Shown here: positions 38,101 to 47,105 of the stretch, piece after piece
Numbering within the stretch: the first letter of the stretch is position 1
How the letters are laid out: each line of letters begins with the position of its first letter
DNA from: Amphiscolops sp. MND2022
Lineage: Eukaryota
Length of the DNA: 64,000 bases
Reading direction: 5' to 3'
Assembly (NCBI GenBank): GCA_964187785.1
Contig: OZ076409.1
Location: 76,818,001 to 76,882,000, forward strand
Notes under the pieces: generated by a model
Told to the model about the DNA's origin: nothing
The model's database searches: none
The model's input: only the letters and a program-made list of their open reading frames with translations
Position numbers and translations under genes: made by a program

Positions 38101-40070
38101 ATTTGCCTCCATCAATTTCACTTGAGAGCGAAGGCCCACCCGTAGAAACCGCTAAAGATAATGAACCAGTGCATGCGGACATTGATGTCCGCAATGCTCA
38201 AGATGAGGACGAGGCCCTGAAAATCGTAAAAGAATGGGTTCGCAGGGGTCGTGTGCCGCGGAATAACGACCTACAAGGAAGTCCCGAGTTAGCATGGAAG
38301 CTGTACAATCAATTCCACAGTTTATATCTGGCCAATGACGTCCTTTGTCGACGGTATGAACCAGTTGGAAGTGAACTTCCGTACCTACAGCAAATTGTTC
38401 CCCGTACCTTGGTAGAACATATCCTAACAAACTTGCACTCTTCCGCTACCAGTGGACATCTAGGTTTAGCCAAGGTGATGGAGAAAGTTCGACAGCGTTT
38501 TTGGTGGCCTGGTTTCAAAGAGGATATCAAGCTTTTCATAAAACGTTGTTCCGAATGTCAGCGACGCTCGGATCCTCCCAAAACACATCGTCATTCCCTT
38601 GTAGAGTGGAAAGCTAGTTATCCCTTTCACCACATTGGAATCGATTTCATGGGCCCATTGCCGGCCTCGAATGGAAACAAAGTAATTCTGTTGATCGGGG
38701 ATCATTTCACAAAATGGTATGAAGCAATTCCCTTGCCAGATCAGCAAGCTACAACAACGGCTACCGCTCTTATCGAACATTGGATCTGTCGATTTGGTTG
38801 CCCCTACAGCATACATAGTGATCAAGGACGTAATTTTGAGTCCAAGTTGTTCCAGACGCTCATGACAAGCCTTCACATTGACAAAACAAGAACAACTGCT
38901 TTTAGGCCCCAGTCTAATGCAGTGATCGAGCGAATGAATCGAACAATCCAGAACATGCTAGCAAAATGCGTAAACGCTGAACAAAGTAACTGGTCCCAAC
39001 AGTTACCCTACGTAATGATGGCCTACCGGTCATCTGTACATGAATCAACCGGATATTCGCCTCAATTTCTTGTTCATGGGCGAGAAATTTCCTTGCCAAT
39101 CGATTTGATGCACCCTGCACCTGAAGCCGAAAAACCAATGTCGCCTACGGATTTTGTATACAATCGAAAATTGGCCTTCCAAAGAGCTTTCGAACTAGTG
39201 CGAGCCAACATTAATAAAAACCAAAAACGTCGCAACGCCATTTACAACGAGAAGATCCATGGTCCTACCTACGAACAGGGACAGAAAGTGTTGCTCCACA
39301 CACCAGTGGTCCCAGTTGGCCAAACAACCAAGTTCCACAACCCATGGCGTGGTCCATATGTGATACTTGACTGTTTCAATGAGGTCACATACAAGATAAG
39401 AGAATTGTCTACGTCCAAAGAGCTGATCGTTCACTACGATAGGTTGAAACCTTTTTGCGAAAAACCAGCTACTTCAAATGTGCCTACTCGAAATACTAGC
39501 TTAACCCAGCCCACAAAACCAGTTCACTCCAATGTCCCAACACGGAATAACGACTTGAACACCACACCACCTGAAACCTCGCATCGATGCTGCATGCATT
39601 TTCAACAGCCACCACTGCAGCCTATGAATCTCCACAGCCCTGCTCACCTAAACCACCAGACTACTCCAACGCCACAATCAACTAGCCACAATGCTCAGTC
39701 ACCGACCCAAACCCGAACTCCCGCTTTCCTCTCCGGTAATCAGCATTCCCAATCTTTTCAATCTCCTGGCGTTCAGACGATGGCCACTCCCGCAACTCCT
39801 TCAGTCGACAACCCTAGTTATCGTCAAGCACCAGCATCCCATTCACCTTTGTCAAACGAATCCCGAAACATCGTTGAAAACGCTGCTGTTCAGTTTCGAG
39901 ATATGATAAACAGACCATACAATCTCCGCGCAAGTACACGCACACAGCGATTGGCGGAACCCCTGTGTAATTCCTCAATACCTTCTGAACTAACCGATTT
40001 CAACTCGCCGCCACTGCACAGCATGCCACATTCCACCAAACGTTCCAAAAACTATACAAAAAGGAAATAA
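35130..40070 (+). CDS. pol: Pol of element 1: protease, RT, RNase H, macrodomain, integrase with GPY/F, S/P/T-rich tail
   Basis: CDSGASVS (protease), YLDD (RT), YTDAS (RNase H), HSSATSGH...CSEC plus IDF/SDQG/IER (integrase), and PWRGPY. No stops over 1646 codons. Confidence 0.97.
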   Translation: MQGSQKGTFKLEMSTLAGHSADKTTNRGPQIQTLNSVVDHRSVFVQLSIFNTVIEAVCDSGASVSCLSSDAFGKLKNGKNLELKPSDTKLVAANKQPIVTCGIVQLPLQIGPRHYEHSFHVLEQAEADCLLGLDFLKTHKCDPLFSQDILRLDEKTTVPLYHRQLTDAKTTVFRVVVSETVSVPPRHTMIVPAHIKDWKRPLNEGVAIFEPHERFDGSKEAVAPSILFNFAEENIPVTIENSGEEPLILYEKTTLGTSEAIPDLPIQNVVTETKSLKSKIDEKDESYDLKNVVDGVDPEIPFKIKQKFAELVYEFEDVFSQNQWDIGRCEATTHKINVYPGSKPIKIPNRRMPLHYKQDLQEKLDAFLDKKLIAPCHSPYSAPAMLVPKKNGKLRLVIDYRQLNSQTIKSCWPIPSIEEIFDTLDGSSVFSTIDMSWGFYQLPLDESSQDYTAFSTPFGSFKWLVMPMGLTNSPPTFQNLMEIVLAKLIWKTTVPYLDDCIIFAASPEEHLERVRELLGRFRQANLKINPLKCEFFRTKVHFLGHVISKEGLQVDPTKIAAVKEFPVPINQTQVKSFLGLCSYYRRYIKNFAEIARPLHKASETNSPFKWTTEAEQAFEDLKARLLTTPILAFPTMEDPFILYTDASQLAMGAVLAQVQNGQERAICYASKAFSKSQSKYSATKRELLAMVHFTRYFRHYLLGRKFKIVTDHSALRWLHNFKDPDGLIARWIEKLAAFDYEVQHRPGKSIGHADSLSRIPTESVQLTQECRTGVPGATKTKNCNNDEEWPNAQSNYSIHLLPRDTASIPLQAIIELKEKANNHSKVKTGELLEHEQPQEKPLQEELVITETGIVKYREVKGDLFSSSESLAHCISADFKMSSGIARSFKRKFPAQYPEDLSKQTVPLWVQPLPGDGRFLYHLLTKERYYQKPTYTSLRASLEHMRSHAETNDVLKISMPQIGCGNDKLDWDLVRRLIREVFDGSNVCITIYLPPSISLESEGPPVETAKDNEPVHADIDVRNAQDEDEALKIVKEWVRRGRVPRNNDLQGSPELAWKLYNQFHSLYLANDVLCRRYEPVGSELPYLQQIVPRTLVEHILTNLHSSATSGHLGLAKVMEKVRQRFWWPGFKEDIKLFIKRCSECQRRSDPPKTHRHSLVEWKASYPFHHIGIDFMGPLPASNGNKVILLIGDHFTKWYEAIPLPDQQATTTATALIEHWICRFGCPYSIHSDQGRNFESKLFQTLMTSLHIDKTRTTAFRPQSNAVIERMNRTIQNMLAKCVNAEQSNWSQQLPYVMMAYRSSVHESTGYSPQFLVHGREISLPIDLMHPAPEAEKPMSPTDFVYNRKLAFQRAFELVRANINKNQKRRNAIYNEKIHGPTYEQGQKVLLHTPVVPVGQTTKFHNPWRGPYVILDCFNEVTYKIRELSTSKELIVHYDRLKPFCEKPATSNVPTRNTSLTQPTKPVHSNVPTRNNDLNTTPPETSHRCCMHFQQPPLQPMNLHSPAHLNHQTTPTPQSTSHNAQSPTQTRTPAFLSGNQHSQSFQSPGVQTMATPATPSVDNPSYRQAPASHSPLSNESRNIVENAAVQFRDMINRPYNLRASTRTQRLAEPLCNSSIPSELTDFNSPPLHSMPHSTKRSKNYTKRK
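35154..35160 (+). promoter_or_regulatory. -1 ribosomal frameshift heptamer U_UUA_AAC (gag to pol), element 1
   Basis: CAT TTA AAC TAG ends gag, and pol is in the -1 frame. Confidence 0.85.
37689..38103 (+). other. TARG1/OARD1-type macrodomain within Pol of element 1
   Basis: VKGDLF..SLAHCISADFKMSSGIA..FKRKF...YHLLTKERYYQKPTY..LRASLE.M..H......ISMPQIGCGNDKLDW..V..LIREVF follows the TARG1 sequence motif by motif. Confidence 0.92.
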
Positions 40071-40150
40071 CTTCAAATAGTTGCATTTTATTTCTCTCTC
40101 CAGGTCATTTCCCATCACCAATGGCCTAACAAGGCTCCTCTGTTTTTCAG

Positions 40151-42497
40151 GATTTCCTACTTTCCAAACTCTCAACATTTCTCGTTTCTCTTTCTGTTCG
40201 TCCGTTGGTCGGTCCTGATCTTTGCGGATGTGCAGTTCACAACACACCTCAACGATGACCTGGAAAAACCCGTATTCAAGAAAGGTGCAGCGTTTGTGTT
40301 CAAATACCAAGCTGTTACCTCGGAGAGCGAAAGCAAAGTCCGCGTGTTCTCTCCCTTCCCCAAGATGCCTCTAATCAACATTACCAATGCCATTAACATG
40401 ATCAATGCCTTCCAGACAGCCCCTCGAAGCATCGGAGGTATGTACATCAATACAAACTGCAAGTTTACAGACGTTAATGACACCTATGACCTCCTCCTGC
40501 AACAACTTGTGACAAGAGTCAATTTCCTGCAAACAGAGTTGGCTGCAGCTCAACAAGAGGAAGACACTCTTCTGGAAGTTGTGAATTCTTTCATTCCACC
40601 AGCTGTTAGACAATCTGATGACATCGCACGACCACGTCGAGCAATTGCCGCTATTGCTGCAATCGCAGCAGGTGCCGGAATGGTCTTGGGTGAACCAATC
40701 AAAGACGCCGCTTGTAGTGCGCTTTCTATATTTAACCTCTGTCACACCAATGAAGATCTGAGTCGCGACGTGGAACGCATAATGAGCACACAGCAAGAAA
40801 TTGTTGATACACTGCAGCGTGTTCAAACTCGAAACGACAAGAATTTCTTCCTTCTAGGAAACGAGATTAAACAGACCCAGGAAAGTGTCCAGAAACTAAA
40901 AGAAAGTGTCGGTCTCCGCTTCCAACAAATGGAGTTTTACCTAGTTAATGCTACTCGCTACTTGGCTGCGACTAGCCTTGAGTGTGACAGAGTGATTATT
41001 CGTCACCTTAGCCTTCAGCAATTCTTGCGAAATTACGTCTATCAGCTAGGGACACTTTACACTCATCTCAAGTCGTACCGTGCAGCGTTTTACGCTTACC
41101 GCATTTCGCTCTACTCCACCATTTCCTCGTTAGCTAGTGGCTACATCACACCTCAGTTTCTTCTGCCTCAACAAGTGGCGCAAATTGTCAAAGACTTAGC
41201 AGATGACGAAGTAAAGCGGGGCACCAAACTGTCCCCAGCTATTCGACCTGGTTTTGAGGCAATATACTATGAGATACAATTAGTACTCGAAGTAACTTTG
41301 ATACCACGTGGTATATCTGTCATTCTTGGGATCCCAATGAATTCAAAGTCGTCGACGTTTGACATTTACCATGCCACGCCTCTGTATCAGCCCAACAATG
41401 ACCAGAAGACTGCGTCGCTCTTCAATTTTGCGAACCCTTTTTTGGCCGTATCTACTGACAATAGTAGATTTGCAGAACTCGGTGCTAATACGCTGCAGCA
41501 ATGTTCGGGTAACAATCGTATCAAATTATGTAGAAAAGGCTTCTCGACAACAACCGATGAAACTCTTCTTTGCTTAGGATCCTTGTTCTATAACTACGAT
41601 GTTCCCGCCTTACGCAATTGCGAAGTCCGCGCAGTACTTTTACCCGACGCTCCTCAGGCTTTTTATTTGGCGGATGGAATGTACCACGTCATATCGCGGT
41701 CTCCCACTCTCAAATTCAAAAACGATAGCCAAATTGACGGCCTTTCTATCTCTACTATCACCTGTCAGGCGTGTGTCATACGCCCTAGCTGTTCGAGTAC
41801 ACTGTCTTTCAACCAGGGTGAACTGGTTCTTCACCCTGACATGGATTTTTGTGAGACCCGACCGGAGCCTTTTCTTGCGTCGATTGAGCTGACACCGTCT
41901 TTGAATCAAGTCTTCGCGCATGTACCCGCCATTGGTAGCGCCGAATTTCAGGCATATTCTACTAGTGAAGCTCGTCAGTCAGTTCTTGGCAGTCTACGAA
42001 TGGAACTAGCCGAACTACCTGACGTCCAACACATGTCGCCGGAAACTCTAGATCAACTGACAGAGCCAATCGCTAAGTATTATTCTTCGATCTCGCCGGC
42101 CACATCAGCAGCTTTACAGTCATATTTACCCACCCGTACTGCTTTTTTACTTTCGTCATTGTCCATTACAATGTCTATTTTAACATTTTCTATAAGTTTT
42201 ACTTTGTTTAGACGTCGTTGGCAGCGTCTTTTTACCAATCCTCAACGCTTTTTCCGGGCTACTTCCGGTAGATTCATTAATATAGTCGAATCAATTACCG
42301 CGGAGTATGATTTGACCAATTCTCCATTTTTGTATTTGACGGACGCTGAATTCCGCGCACTGATTTTGCTGGCTCGCGAAACCATTCGTCAAGCTGAACC
42401 GAAACCATCTAATTACACTGCACCCAACGCCCCTACACTTCCACCACGTGTTTATCTTATTATTAGTGCGCCTACTTATGAGTCTACTTCGACATGA
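40151..42497 (+). CDS. env: Env (class I fusion-protein architecture) of element 1; start probably created by splicing
   Basis: Signal-like FSFLFLFVRWSVLIFA, furin site RPRR (40629-40640) followed by fusion-peptide-like AIAAIAAIAAGAGMVLG, a heptad repeat, a Cys-rich ectodomain, and TM AFLLSSLSITMSILTFSISFTLF followed by RRRW. Confidence 0.9.
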
Positions 42498-42559
42498 TTT
42501 AATTGCTTAGCACATTTCTGTCTCACTGTCAATTTCAGCTTCTTTATCAACTACTTAGG

Positions 42560-42955
42560 ATTTCCCTTCCTAGATGCTTTCCTACGCAGCTAGTGCCTGT
42601 TCTACACGTTTCCGTGTTACTTACGTTCCTCTAGGTTGCCTTTCCTTCCTAGTTGCTTTACTACGCAGCTAGTGCCTGTTCTACACGTTTCCGTGTTACT
42701 TACGTTCCTCTAGGTTGCCTTTCCTTCCTAGTTGCTTTACTACGCAGCTAGTGCCTGTTTTACACGTTTCCGTGTTCCGTTACTTTCCCTTAGGTTGTCT
42801 TTTCCTTCCTAGTTGCTTCACTACGCAACTAGCGCCTGTATTGATACACGTTTCCGTGGTGAATCTCTTTTCGCTAAGCTGTCTTTTTCTCCTAGTTGCT
42901 TCGCTACGCAACTAGTGCCTCACAACACACGTTTCCGTGTCCGCAATTAAGTTTT
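42560..42955 (+). repeat. Tandem array of five ~79-83 bp units between env and the J-domain ORF
   Basis: CTACGCA(G/A)CTAG cores at 42582, 42661, 42740, 42821 and 42904. Confidence 0.92.
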
Positions 42956-42988
42956 TTCCTAATTGTTTAAACAATTAGTGTCTAGCAG

Positions 42989-44134
42989 ATGCGTTTCCGC
43001 ATCCTAAGTAGGATTTTCGTACAAAGTGTAATCGGTGCAATCAGTTTTTTTTGTTGTTTCAGGTTCCAGTTTCCAGCAGCTCCAGTTCCAGCGCCCTTCC
43101 TCCTCAGCAGCGGCCGCGTGCAGCCTCTGGCAGAGGGATATGTAGTCCGCTTGTTGGACAAAGACGATTATCGTATCAAGAGAATAAACCCCGCTACACA
43201 AACTGTTGTGCTACAAAAAATTAATTCAAGTAATCGTTGCTTTGCTCGACCAGCTACGGAAATCTGGCTTCCTCCTCCAAGCAGTAACAGCCTGAGCGTG
43301 GAAGTGGACTGCCCTCCCCCTCCAGCAATCTGTGATTGCTCGCCAGTACCCCCTAAATTAATAGTGGACACCTGCGATGTAGCAGTGGATGCGTCCCTCG
43401 ACGCTGACGACAGCATGGAACTCTTAGTATCAGAGTTTTCTTCGGTTGGCGAACTCAATAAGGGTTTTGAAGAAGCCCGTGCAGCAGCTAATAAGGCTCG
43501 CATCGAGTGTGAGCATACGTTCGACCTCCTTTGCGAGGAAATGACTCTTCGGAAGGCAAAGGAAAAGGAAATTCATGAAGCAAAAATCGAGCTCGCTGGT
43601 TTACAAACCAACATTGCTTCTCAAGTCGTCGCCCTCGCCGAAAAAGACAGTGAAATAGCCGCCCTGAAGAAGCGCCTCAGTGCCCTCAGCGACGAAAACA
43701 GCTCTTTGCTGCAACACAGTCTCCAGCAAAGCGAAGAACTCTCTAACCTTAAACTAGCCGCCAACAGGGTTTCAGATGCCCATCTAACCACTGACATGCT
43801 AATCTATCAACTTTCCACATATACTCCTGAACTCGATTTCGCAGATGAGAACATATTCTTTGATATACTTGGCCTGCCACCCACAGCCGATGTCGAAAAG
43901 ATCAATCGTCATGCTAGACATCTTTTAAGACTCGTACACCCCGACAAGAACCCTTCCATCCCAGCCGAAGTGTCCCAACTGGTCCCCTGCCTTAAGGAAG
44001 CGAAAAACGTCCTCACGGATCCCCGGCTCAACAAAGTATACCGGTGTTGCGGTATGACAGGTGTTCGCCGGGCCCGTCGTAAATTACGGACCTGCATGGA
44101 TTGTGACTCCCACATGTCGGACTGGTTCGAGTAA
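42989..44134 (+). CDS. Accessory ORF of element 1: coiled coil plus C-terminal J-domain (DnaJ/Hsp40-type, HPD intact)
   Basis: NIFFDILGLPPTADVEKINRHARHLLRLVHPDKNP...LKEAKNVLTDP (~43850-44053, HPD at 43937-43945) and a heptad-rich region at aa ~155-255. The stop lies 28 bp before the PPT. Confidence 0.88.
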   Translation: MRFRILSRIFVQSVIGAISFFCCFRFQFPAAPVPAPFLLSSGRVQPLAEGYVVRLLDKDDYRIKRINPATQTVVLQKINSSNRCFARPATEIWLPPPSSNSLSVEVDCPPPPAICDCSPVPPKLIVDTCDVAVDASLDADDSMELLVSEFSSVGELNKGFEEARAAANKARIECEHTFDLLCEEMTLRKAKEKEIHEAKIELAGLQTNIASQVVALAEKDSEIAALKKRLSALSDENSSLLQHSLQQSEELSNLKLAANRVSDAHLTTDMLIYQLSTYTPELDFADENIFFDILGLPPTADVEKINRHARHLLRLVHPDKNPSIPAEVSQLVPCLKEAKNVLTDPRLNKVYRCCGMTGVRRARRKLRTCMDCDSHMSDWFE

Positions 44135-44162
44135 TTTGGCTGGCGGGGACGCAGCCTTTCAC

Positions 44163-44174
44163 GGGGGAGGGTAG
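44163..44174 (+). promoter_or_regulatory. Polypurine tract of element 1
   Basis: GGGGGAGGGTAG immediately precedes the 3' LTR. Confidence 0.85.
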
Positions 44175-44874
44175 TATAGCGGACAGTAAACAGGAAATGA
44201 ATTTTTTAATACATGTGAGACTTCATACACGTTACATATACACATCTATATATTGAAAAATATTAACAGCGTTGCTTAATATACATTGTAACAATTGTTG
44301 TGCACATTTTACTTTTTTTAAAATATTTTACAAACAATTATCCAGGCAGTTCCAGGCAGTGTGCATTTTAAAAAGCCTTGTGGTCGTTTCTAAAAATTTA
44401 GCTGCCTTGTAGTAATAAATATTTTGTTGAGTCTGATTCAGCTTCCCAATTGTTCAGCCGCCCCCTTATTTCAGCTGCCCCTTATTTAAAGCTGCTCTTA
44501 TTATTTTATGCGCCCAATTCAGCTGCTCCTTTATTAACATTCATCAAAAGCCCCACTCTTACCCAGTGCAGGATTAATTATTTATTCGTTTCTTGCACCT
44601 GCAGAAGTATCTTCAGAAACCGAAAACTATCACAGCCATAACATCATTCATCAAGCCAAATGTAAGTTGCTGTTTGTTACTTAATAATTTTGGTCAGTAA
44701 ATATCGTTCTTTAAAATTGAGTTTTCATATTCTTATAGACTTTTTTTCTTGTCCTTTTTTTTAGAAATATCCACTAGTCACTTTTAAAAACAAAATATAT
44801 CCATTTACCCCAACAATCGCCCTGCGCATCGAAAGTTGAAACGAATTCAAATCTAGTAAAAAGCGATTGTTAAA
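44175..44874 (+). repeat. 3' LTR of element 1
   Basis: About 99.7% identical to the 5' LTR and followed by the CTAG TSD. Confidence 0.95.
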
Positions 44875-46299
44875 CTAGCAAGAGGGTCAACACGGGTCGT
44901 TTTTTTCTGAGCTGAAACCCGTTTCTAAATCGCCTTCTTTCGGTCGTCTTGCACTTTTTACCTCGAGAATAATGACATCACTTGTGCCGAGGCAGTGTTT
45001 TCGCCCAACATGTTTGGTAAAAGCTTGGCTTCGTGTTGAGCCACGTCCACTTCGATATCGTTCTCTCGCAGTTTCCTCTGTATTTAATTGCTTTTGGCGT
45101 GACTATATCTTATATTCTTTTTTTTTTAACGCAAGAATCGTGATTCGTTGAAAATTTCCCACCTGCCGTTTGAAAACCCCAACTGGCCCAGTTTTACTAT
45201 GTCTCATCATCGAGCCACTAGCGAGGCAGTAACCGGTGGTTTATAGAATCTTTCGATGGTATCTTTGGTGCGAGCTTCCGTCTTGATTGGACAATTTTTT
45301 TTTGCATTGCCCGCTTGATTATTAGTGAATTGGCGTGCTCGTTGTGGGGCTTTGTTTTTGTGTTCAGCTTTAGTTTATTATTTGATTGCACCGGTTCAGC
45401 TCCCGTAATACGCTGTTATTGGTTGTTCAAATTAGATTCTGCCACATTAGCATTGCGCGTTAACCCTAACTGACCCGGGAGTTTTTGCAAATTTTCAAAA
45501 AAAAAATTGATTAAAAATTCAAATCTTCAATATTCCCACAACTACGCGTGCCAGAGAAACGAACTATAACGCGTTTGAAAGGTCTGGTATTGGGCTTTCA
45601 TTTTGATTAGATGAGCCCCTTTGTGCGGGGGCTTATAGTAACAACAGAATATTATTGGGATTTATTGCGTAAGAACTTGTTGTGCAAGTGTATGGGGTTA
45701 GTTTTTACTATGGGTCAAGATTTTTTTGAGAAAACTGGATTTCGCCAAAAAGAGAAATTTAGAAACAAATAACCAATTTTTGTGCAAAAAACTCATTTTT
45801 CCCAGTTTTGGAGACATATTCACTTTTCCTAATGCTTGTGCCAATCAAATCAACCAAGGAATTGTTGAGAAAAAAGCTGTGCTAGAGAATATGGGCTACT
45901 GGCAGAACGGATTAGAAATTGAAAAAAAAGGTATGTTGCCATAAAGTAACACTGGGTTGATTGGAACTAGGTTTCAATTTTTTACAGCAGTAAATTGTGT
46001 TGACCAATTTTCATTGTCCTAGATATCGTTCGATTGCGTTCCGGTTATTGGCTTCCGGGTCATTAATTAATTTAAGCAAAGGTGTCTTGCAGCAATTTGT
46101 TTGATACTCTTTTCAGGCAGTTTATTTAATGAAGTGTTTTAAACATTGTCTTTTTTGCTGTGCCTTATACGAACGTACGTGCAAAGCCTATCCGTTTTTC
46201 AGCAGTTGTCCGGGTTTTCCTGCCAAACTGTGGCCTTTAGGTTTTTTGACTGGCGTCCGTCGTAAACATTTTCAGTCGGCGCTTCATGAAGTGAAACGC

Positions 46300-46780
46300 G
46301 ACTATTATAGTGACTCTTTTTTTTCTATCCACACGAACTGATCAAAATAGTTCTTAAAAGTTCTATAGAATATTATGGTGTCAAATTGCACCATTTGGCC
46401 TAGCGAACTGGACCAAAATGGTTTTACCTGTTTTTCCGCGTAACATACCATATCGGGCGAGACCAAAGAGTCCCCCCTTTCATTTTTTTTCGGCACTGCG
46501 AGACATTTTTTTTTCGGAATTTTTTTTCGAATTTTTTTTCCTCAAAGGGTCCCCCCTGCATTTTTCGATGTTTTGCGACAGAATGGATGTTGGAAAATCC
46601 CAAAGGGTTCCTCCTTTCAGTTTTTTTTCGGCATTGTTAGATTTTTTGCCGAAAATAAAAAAAAATTTCAATTTTTTCATGTTTTGCGACAGAATGGATG
46701 TTGAAAAACCTCAAAGGGTCCCCCCTTTCAGTTTTTTGGCATTTTGAGACGTTAGCGCGCCACTCGGTCCATTTTTTAGT
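46300..46780 (-). repeat. Dispersed repeat copy, inverted relative to 31080-31500, with internal duplication
   Basis: Homologous to 31080-31500. TGTTTTGCGACAGAATGGATGTTG occurs twice (~46569, ~46680), and AAAGGGTCCCCC is repeated. Confidence 0.75.
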
Positions 46781-47105
46781 ATGTAATTTTTTCAAAAAAA
46801 AATTTTCGAAAAGTTTTTGATTTTCGACTACTGTAAAAGAATACTTGACACTTGGAAGTCTTTTTGCTATTTTTGAGCCTTGGATATGGGCCGGTCCCGG
46901 CTTGTTAATAACCTACTGTGAGAAAGACACAGTATTACCATTATCAACTTCTTGATTTGTTCAAATCCTTGTGTGTCTACTTCGTGATAACCCAATTTGT
47001 TTTCTTCGTTGAAGTTTTCTGATTTTGTGACAGTCTGTAACCAACGTGTTCTACAACTTCCGTCATGGTTTTCATCAGTTCTGCTTTGTATTCACGTTTC
47101 ACCTC

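Larger units (their letters stand above)
32115..44874 (+). mobile_element. Element 1: full-length env-bearing Ty3/Gypsy (Metaviridae-like) retroelement, 12,760 bp
   Basis: Paired LTRs, CTAG target-site duplication (32111-32114 and 44875-44878), PBS, PPT, and uninterrupted gag, pol (PR-RT-RH-IN order), env and extra ORFs. Confidence 0.97.
30715..44896. mobile_element. Non-autonomous CCC...GGG DNA transposon (~1.4 kb of its own sequence) split by insertion of element 1
   Basis: TIRs CCCGGGTTGACCCTC (30715-30729) and GAGGGTCAACACGGG (44882-44896) match 14/15, with TC on both flanks and CCATGG/CAAGATCTTG subterminal motifs. Confidence 0.8.

Noticed and set aside
40068-40150. Stop-codon readthrough from pol into env (same frame, single TAA, open to 42497)
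   Set aside because: The TAA-CTT-CAA context is not the known CARYYA leaky motif, and splicing to 40151 explains the env start better. Not formally excluded.
42560-42955. Regularly spaced repeats resembling a CRISPR array
   Set aside because: The whole unit repeats, there are no unique spacers, there are no cas genes, and the context is eukaryotic.
32112-44877. Alternative LTR boundaries TAGT...ACTA
   Set aside because: The 5' LTR end would overlap the PBS TGG and give no 4-bp TSD. The CTAG TSD model fits the PPT and PBS.
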